DNA from: Candidatus Bathyarchaeota archaeon
Lineage (GTDB): Archaea; Thermoproteota; Bathyarchaeia; Bathyarchaeales; Bathycorpusculaceae
NCBI GenBank assembly: GCA_963715865.1
Contig: OY970280.1
Location: forward strand, 96,001 to 160,000
DNA: 64,000 nucleotides
Direction of reading: 5' to 3'
Part shown: positions 58,440-64,000 of the stretch, piece after piece
Layout: each line of letters opens with the position of its first letter
Position numbering within the stretch: position 1 is the stretch's first letter
Notes under the pieces: generated by a model
What the model saw: the letters and a program-made list of their open reading frames with translations, nothing else
What the model was told of the DNA's origin: nothing
Database searches by the model: none
Position numbers and translations under genes: made by a program

Positions 58440-58748
58440 TTAAGGCTTTAGTTCTCTGTCTTCACTGTAGTCTCTGTCCTCGTGGACTTCCTCTTCAGCT
58501 TCGTCTTCGTTTTCTTCTTCAGCCTCGCTTGTTTCTTCGTCTTCAGCATTTGCTTTATCTTCAGCTTCACCTTTTGGGGGAAAAGCATCATTTAACCAGG
58601 CTTCAAACTGTTTTTGGGTTTCAGGATTGGAAAATGCCCACGCGCACAATTCAGAGATGACGCTATTCAGGTCAACTTGGTGATCGTCTGCTAACCGTTT
58701 CAGGAACTGTTCCCACTTTACAGGAATAGATATCACCGATTTACTCAT
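58440..58748 (-). CDS. Ribbon-helix-helix-like protein with a long acidic tail
   Basis: VISIPVKWEQFLKRLADDHQVDLNSVISEL; E/D-rich C-terminal third. Confidence 0.6.
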   Translation of the reverse strand: MSKSVISIPVKWEQFLKRLADDHQVDLNSVISELCAWAFSNPETQKQFEAWLNDAFPPKGEAEDKANAEDEETSEAEEENEDEAEEEVHEDRDYSEDRELKP

Positions 58749-58792
58749 TTTTCACCACCATTTTCGTCATAAGTTGAACAATTATTTAGGTT

Positions 58793-58906
58793 TCAAGTAT
58801 ACTGAGAAAAGGTTATTTCAGCAACTTCAGCATCAGTTTCTTCATCTTCATTATTCATCGGACAGTTCTCAGGTGAATGCCTATAAACTACCAAAAAAGT
58901 GGGCAT
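58793..58906 (-). pseudogene. Short ORF or truncated gene start MPTFLVVYRHSPENCPM followed by acidic sequence
   Basis: Protein-like N-terminal strand plus HSPENCP motif, then a stop after 37 codons. Confidence 0.35.
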
Positions 58907-59190
58907 AGAAACACTCTCAAAAAGAAATATGCTGAATGAGAAATATAAACCATTAGAAAACAGCTCCCATTCTGTTTTTAGCAAAAAAAAGTTTATGTAA
59001 CGAAGAGTAACAGGGAAGTTCTTAGTTTTCAAAAATAGCAAAATAGCGCGAGTTGTTTTGAGCGCGCACAACGGTGGTTTAGGAAAGATCAAAGTAAGCA
59101 AAGAAACAATGGACAGGCACAAAACCCATCAATAACTCTTCTGCCTCAAGCATAATATGGGAACACGAAAAAAAGGGCAAAAAACAAATT

Positions 59191-59343
59191 CTATCTTTGT
59201 TGTTTCTGTAATGATAATCTTTTTGCAGTTTCTTTGGAAATCTTTTCAAGACCGTTAGCCAGCTCTACACTGGTAACCTCGTCTAACGGGTAAAACTTGC
59301 CATCTTTATCGATGAATGCAAGCTCCAACTTTCTGTCAGTCAC
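59191..59343 (-). CDS. 50-aa micro-protein MTDRKLELAFIDKDGKFYPLDEVTSVELANGLEKISKETAKRLSLQKQQR
   Basis: GGAGGTGA SD 4 nt before the GTG; not in the ORF track. Confidence 0.55.
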   Translation of the reverse strand: MTDRKLELAFIDKDGKFYPLDEVTSVELANGLEKISKETAKRLSLQKQQR

Positions 59344-60026
59344 TGTCTCACCTCCATCATAAATCTAACTATTTACTATGGTTTTCGTGAATATACTATT
59401 TTCATTTATTATGACAGGATACCGAAACTCATTTTCAACGCCACATTCTGAGCCGGGGGGACCTCAACATTAGCCCCTCACGCGACATCATCCTGCAAAG
59501 TGTCGAGAGCTAGCTGGCTTTCCCCTAACGCCTTTCTACGAAAGGACACCAAAATGGAGTTATTAGGAAAGTAAAGGATGGTGGATTCATTCTTTTTTGG
59601 CAATCCATGTTTTTATTGCTTCTTCAACTGCGCGGGATAGGTCGCCTTTTTTCCCGCCAAATCTTTCGACGGTTTTCAATCTAAGTTGCTTTTCTAGCTC
59701 GTCTGGGAGATCTACGCTGATTCGACCCATATTCAATCGCCAACTTTAGTTTTTTAGAGTTTTATGCACGATTCGCACGTGTCAAGCATCTTTCCAATAA
59801 GCGAACTGCCAAGCACTCAATTTTATTCTTGTTTTTGTTGTCATTTTTCATTTACTCCGATTCGCTTATCAACATAAAGTATTATGTGGGTACGCACTTA
59901 TAAACATACGCTAATAAACGCGTATAAATTAATGCGCGCCATAAGAGAATAAGAAGGAACCTGCGGAAGACTTAAGCCCTTAAGTCCACATTGTTACCAT
60001 ACAAAACAAAGCAAGGTGTTTTGAGC

Positions 60027-60278
60027 ATGAGTTATTCAAGAAGACAAGCTGGTAGTTATGCAGGGAGACGTGGTCATGGCAAGGGCTTTAAGCGCTGCCC
60101 CGTCGAGTTGGGAGAAGAATTAGAAGTAAATATCACTGACTTAAGTCCAAAAGGGGAAGGAATGACCAAGATTCAGGGCTATGTAATTCACGTCCCCGAT
60201 GCCAAGCCTGGAAACCGCGTGAAAATAAAGATAACCCAAATAGGGGAAAAGGCAGCAAACGCCGAAATAATCAAATAG
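60027..60278 (+). CDS. Stand-alone TRAM-domain RNA-binding protein
   Basis: PVELGEELEVNITDLSPKGEGMTKIQGYVIHVPDAKPGNRVKIKI. Confidence 0.9.
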   Translation: MSYSRRQAGSYAGRRGHGKGFKRCPVELGEELEVNITDLSPKGEGMTKIQGYVIHVPDAKPGNRVKIKITQIGEKAANAEIIK

Positions 60279-60441
60279 AACCGTTTCTTGGACGCCACTG
60301 CTATATTCTTCCAAAAGACAAAGCTTCAGTTTCAGTTCGGTTCATGACCCCGTTTAGGTTCGGGGACGGGCAGCCAACCATCTTCGTTTTGTTATGTTGG
60401 TGCTGTTTATGCCTACAAAAAATTAAGCGTTATTGACAGTA

Positions 60442-60687
60442 TTAGAGACTGGTTTTTGGCTGTTTAATCCATACTTTGACTCTGCTTTGCACTCTTATTC
60501 TTGCCTCTGTCTGCATCAGCCTGATTTGAGCTTGGATAAATCTGTCATCTTTGCAGTCGAACTCTTTTCTTATGGCATCCTCCAGCTTTGGCAATGAAAT
60601 ATGTTCAACAGAGCCAACTTGGTTCCAAAAGTGGCTTTGTATTTTTTCTCTTTTCTTAAGCGCTTCAATTTCTGAATGTGTGCTCAT
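60442..60687 (-). CDS. Hypothetical small protein
   Basis: 81-aa ORF with a winged-helix-like alpha/beta ending (RIRVQSRVKVWI). Confidence 0.5.
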   Translation of the reverse strand: MSTHSEIEALKKREKIQSHFWNQVGSVEHISLPKLEDAIRKEFDCKDDRFIQAQIRLMQTEARIRVQSRVKVWIKQPKTSL

Positions 60688-60748
60688 TGCAACCGTTGAA
60701 AACGCTTTAGAAACCGAACGATATCAACCTTATGGGCAGCAAGCCTTT

Positions 60749-60862
60749 TTACCTTGCGCAAAATGGCCATTCATTCTTCGCTTTATGATGCTTCACGCAT
60801 TCTTCACAGTTGCTGTGGCGTGGGCAGTCTTTTTTGGGGCAAGGACAATTAGGAGCAGACAC
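60749..60862 (-). CDS. Small Cys/His-rich protein (DUF6485-like)
   Basis: NCPCPKKDCPRHSNCEECVKHH...PFCAR; GTG start inferred. Confidence 0.65.
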   Translation of the reverse strand: MSAPNCPCPKKDCPRHSNCEECVKHHKAKNEWPFCAR

Positions 60863-61246
60863 AACGCAGAGTAATCCCAGCCATTCCATATAATTGTTGT
60901 TAACGTGAAAAGAAGAACAAAAGCCAGTTTTTGCTGAACACTCAAACATCGCATAGATATAGTCCTGGTATTGTTTGAATCCTCACCGATTGATAAATAT
61001 GAAAGCCCTGGACTCTTTGGACCCCGGACCAGAAAAATGAATTACCTCAAAACCGTTAAAGCGTCTTTATGTTTGCTTAGACAGATTGATTAAGGGCTTT
61101 GGAGAATTAGAAAACAAGCTTCAAAGAAAGTTGCAGGCTACCATGTAATTTCGCCAGCTGCCTTCAGAGCAAACAGTCTTACGATATATATAGACAAATA
61201 ACTATAAATATATTATAAATACTATATTCTGTTGGGTTGATCAGTA

Positions 61247-61375
61247 TTGTCAAAAAAGCTAACGAAAGCTGAAAGTATTGAACACCACAAGAAGGCACAG
61301 CGAGAAAAAGATCTCAAAAAGAAACAGAAAAAGGAAGCAGCGCTTCCAGCAAAATATTCAAAAAACAAAAAGTAA
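61247..61375 (+). CDS. Possible 42-aa lysine-rich micro-protein
   Basis: MSKKLTKAESIEHHKKAQREKDLKKKQKKEAALPAKYSKNKK*, TTG start after an AT-rich promoter-like tract. Confidence 0.35.
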   Translation: MSKKLTKAESIEHHKKAQREKDLKKKQKKEAALPAKYSKNKK

Positions 61376-61519
61376 ACCCAAAATTTTTTTAAACGCCTAG
61401 AAAAGCGCGATAGGAGGGAAAACGATAAAGGCTGGCTTGTTAGCCCCCCATGTATCTTTCTTTTTCTTGGGTACTAACTGTTAGCTATCAGCTTTTCACC
61501 GACACTGCTGTTAAGGCAA

Positions 61520-61888
61520 TTGCAACTTATGTCGACTTGTCGTGGCCAACTGCGGGGCGCATGGCTGAATTCAAATGTTGAAACTATAGTTTTTATCTAC
61601 GCTTTCACCTGGATTTTTGTCCTATCATCAGTCATACCCTCGGTAATTCTGGGAAAAGAAAGAAGCATATTCATTCAATACGCTGTTGTCTTAACATTAA
61701 CCCTGATAGCCTTTTTCATGGCTGGCATTCTTCAAGCAGTCGCAGGAATCCATGTTAAACAGATATTTGAAGCAGCAACCTTCCTCAAAAACCCCATTTT
61801 AGTAGGAGTCTATTTGGCAATACCCTACCTCTTTATGATTGGCCTTGATATTCGTTCCAGAAAAATACGCACAAGAAAGAAAAAATGA
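61520..61888 (+). CDS. Small three-TM membrane protein
   Basis: Hydrophobic helices, basic C-terminus. Confidence 0.6.
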   Translation: MQLMSTCRGQLRGAWLNSNVETIVFIYAFTWIFVLSSVIPSVILGKERSIFIQYAVVLTLTLIAFFMAGILQAVAGIHVKQIFEAATFLKNPILVGVYLAIPYLFMIGLDIRSRKIRTRKKK

Positions 61889-62526
61889 GGTTGAGGCATC
61901 TCAAACCTAAACAATAGCTTAGTTTTCAAGGGCGTTTCGAAGAATGAAAATTTTTTGCACTAAGAAAAGCGACAATAATCACAAAAGTCAAATAGTACGT
62001 TTCTGAGGCAGCGTAATATAGAAAAAATGTGAGTGCGTAAAAACCGCTAAAGGGCTGCTGCTATTTTTTGCCCGTTTTTCCTTTGCTTTTCTTTTTGTTT
62101 TTCGACATTATCCCATTGCCCCAATTCTTACTGTAATATAATTAATATAGTTTTTTAGCTATAAATATTGCTCAATAACACTTAGCAGAAATCTTTGATT
62201 CAGTCAATTTCTGTCTACCCATCGGCTGTCACGTCAATTAGCATAGCTAAAAATATATAAATATGTTCATTCTACGATATAGTTCCTGCCTGAACTTTGG
62301 GAAAAATCGGCGTTGCCAGTTATTTGCTTAGCACGCGCTAAGTCTAACGTGGTGGTTGAGTTTGATAGAGACATTCTTTTTTCCCCTTTCTTGAGTCATC
62401 TTTTCCATTGCACACCGAGATATTGCAAACAATAAGTATATGCAAATAGTTATAAATATTACTTTATATTGATACTTAATTTGTAGTTACGGAAATTGCC
62501 TCAAAAAAATTAGCGGGGAGTGCCAA

Positions 62527-63714
62527 ATGGACTTTGATCAAGGAAGAATAACCACAATACACGACTTCAACATGGATTTTGAAAACCTGAAGTCTCGATT
62601 AAGGGAACTTAATACAAAATACCCGGCAGGCGTCATAATTCCAGTACACGAAAATGATCTCGAAAACCCTCAGATTCAAAAAATAGTGACGAGCTTGAAT
62701 AAGTGTGATTATCTTAAAAAAGTGTTGATTGCACTCTCTGCAGGCAGTAGCGACAACTACGAAAAGGCAATGAAACTGTCCTCAACCCTTAAAGTTCCAT
62801 GCGAAGTTGTTTGGTGCAACAAACCCGAAGTAAACGTCATTTTAGAAGAACTAAAAAACAAAGGGCTTGACGTTACAAAGGCATGCGGCAAAGGAAAGGA
62901 CTTGTGGCTTGCCTTAGGAATAGCCTCACTTGAACTATATGCCCTTGCAGTGCATGATGCGGACATCATTTCATATTCTGAAATGTTGCCGACGAAGCTT
63001 CTTTATGCTGTAGTAGAACCGAGGATGGATTTCTTCTTCTCCAAAGGCTACTATGCTCGGGTAAATCTTGAAACTAGAAGAATTTATGGCAGAATCTACA
63101 GGCTATTCATAAACCCATTACTTAATGCCCTGCAGAAGAAACTAAATCATAGTTCCTCATTTGTCCGATACCTGCAGTCTTTCAGATACCCCCTCTCAGG
63201 TGAGATTGCCATCTACAGCGATGTAGCGTTAAACCTTAGAATTCCGGCGGACTGGGGTTTAGAAATGGGCATGCTGGCCGAACTCTACAGGAACATTTCA
63301 GACAAAAGAATATGCGACGTGGACCTTGGATTTTACGACCACAAACATAAAGAATTAAGCCAAGAATCATTACTAAAAACCGCTGAAAATTGCGTCATTA
63401 CCTTATTGAGAACCTTAACGGAAATCGAAGGTATAGACGTGTCAGAAGCCTTCCTGCTAAGTCTTCAAGTTACATATAGACGATTCGCGCAAGATAAAAT
63501 ACGACAATACTACGCTGATGCACTCTGCAATTCTCTTGATTATGACAGACACGAGGAAGAGACAAACGTAGACATTTTATCGAATGTAATAATACGCGCT
63601 GGCAAAGGGTACTTGGAGAATCCAATAGGTGTCCAATTGCCTGATTGGCTACGCGCTATTTCAGCAATGCCTGATGCCCGAGAAAGGCTCAGGAAAGCAG
63701 CCATTGAAAGGTAA
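62527..63714 (+). CDS. gpgS: Glucosyl-3-phosphoglycerate synthase-like glycosyltransferase
   Basis: MDFDQGRITTIHD, GKGKDLW, AVHDADI, FSKGYYAR, YPLSGE, DWGLEMG. Confidence 0.8.
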   Translation: MDFDQGRITTIHDFNMDFENLKSRLRELNTKYPAGVIIPVHENDLENPQIQKIVTSLNKCDYLKKVLIALSAGSSDNYEKAMKLSSTLKVPCEVVWCNKPEVNVILEELKNKGLDVTKACGKGKDLWLALGIASLELYALAVHDADIISYSEMLPTKLLYAVVEPRMDFFFSKGYYARVNLETRRIYGRIYRLFINPLLNALQKKLNHSSSFVRYLQSFRYPLSGEIAIYSDVALNLRIPADWGLEMGMLAELYRNISDKRICDVDLGFYDHKHKELSQESLLKTAENCVITLLRTLTEIEGIDVSEAFLLSLQVTYRRFAQDKIRQYYADALCNSLDYDRHEEETNVDILSNVIIRAGKGYLENPIGVQLPDWLRAISAMPDARERLRKAAIER

Positions 63715-63719
63715 CATTG

Positions 63720-64000
63720 ATGAGAACTTTAATTTTCGCGGACCTTGATGGTGCAATACTCGAGGAAAACTACAGCTTTCACGAAATAAAACCAACAATT
63801 ATGCTCCTGTCGTCCTTGAGTGTCGCTGTTGTGTTTTGCTCAAGTAAGACGCGATCAGAGATAGAGTTCTACAGAAAAGAAATGGGCATAAATGACCCGT
63901 TCATCTCAGAAAACGGCGCGGCTATTTTTGTGCCTAGAGGTTATTTTGGGCTGAATCAAAGTTACGCTAAGCGGACTAAACGGTATGATATTATTGAACT
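63720..64000 (+). CDS. mpgP: Mannosyl/glucosyl-3-phosphoglycerate phosphatase (HAD IIB), 3'-truncated by the window edge
   Basis: MRTLIFADLDGAIL...VFCSSKTRSEI...DPFISENGAAIFVP. Confidence 0.85.
   Translation, partial: MRTLIFADLDGAILEENYSFHEIKPTIMLLSSLSVAVVFCSSKTRSEIEFYRKEMGINDPFISENGAAIFVPRGYFGLNQSYAKRTKRYDIIE

Noticed and set aside
59441-59520. Fluoride riboswitch or C/D sRNA (GATGATGTC...GCTAATG on the minus strand)
   Set aside because: Lacks the pseudoknot partner after GCUAAUG and a properly placed D box; no crcB gene is adjacent.
1-64000. Intact mobile element (IS, integrase, provirus)
   Set aside because: No transposase, tyrosine or serine recombinase, terminal inverted repeats or virion genes recognised.

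Overview
Archaeal chromosomal DNA. Gene content and style fit TACK, probably Bathyarchaeia (inference). Recognisable housekeeping blocks: thiL/trmY; PRTase-cgi121/THUMP; ABCE1; top6BA; infB; the eno-rps2-MEMO-mvk-UbiD-AcnX(L/S)-ipk-fni-idsA-gltX superoperon (archaeal modified mevalonate pathway); srp19/rps8e; smc-scpA-scpB; an inactive-RadA/small helical protein/PolB2 operon; and gpgS-mpgP. tRNA-Thr(CGU) and tRNA-Pro(UGG) are also present. Accessory patches lie between these blocks. The standout is at 293-4440, off the 3' end of tRNA-Thr: nine small paralog-like proteins, each an N-terminal amphipathic/coiled-coil helix plus a (winged) HTH. Eight of them form one tightly packed, largely translationally coupled operon ending in a restriction-endonuclease-like gene, a candidate undescribed multi-subunit DNA-binding/defence system. 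Other notable items: a pilin/prefoldin-like/Roadblock-DPBB/Roadblock operon; a DUF5343-REase-HNH cassette; two synonymously diverged duplicated gene 3' ends (recombination scars); several unannotated micro-ORFs with strong Shine-Dalgarno sites, including a 22-aa Glu/Trp peptide before ABCE1; a Zn-ribbon insertion in Top6B; and a 2-kb patch of +1 frameshifts in idsA/gltX that is probably an assembly error. I saw no CRISPR array, integrase or transposase. All family assignments come from motif recognition by eye, without database searches.
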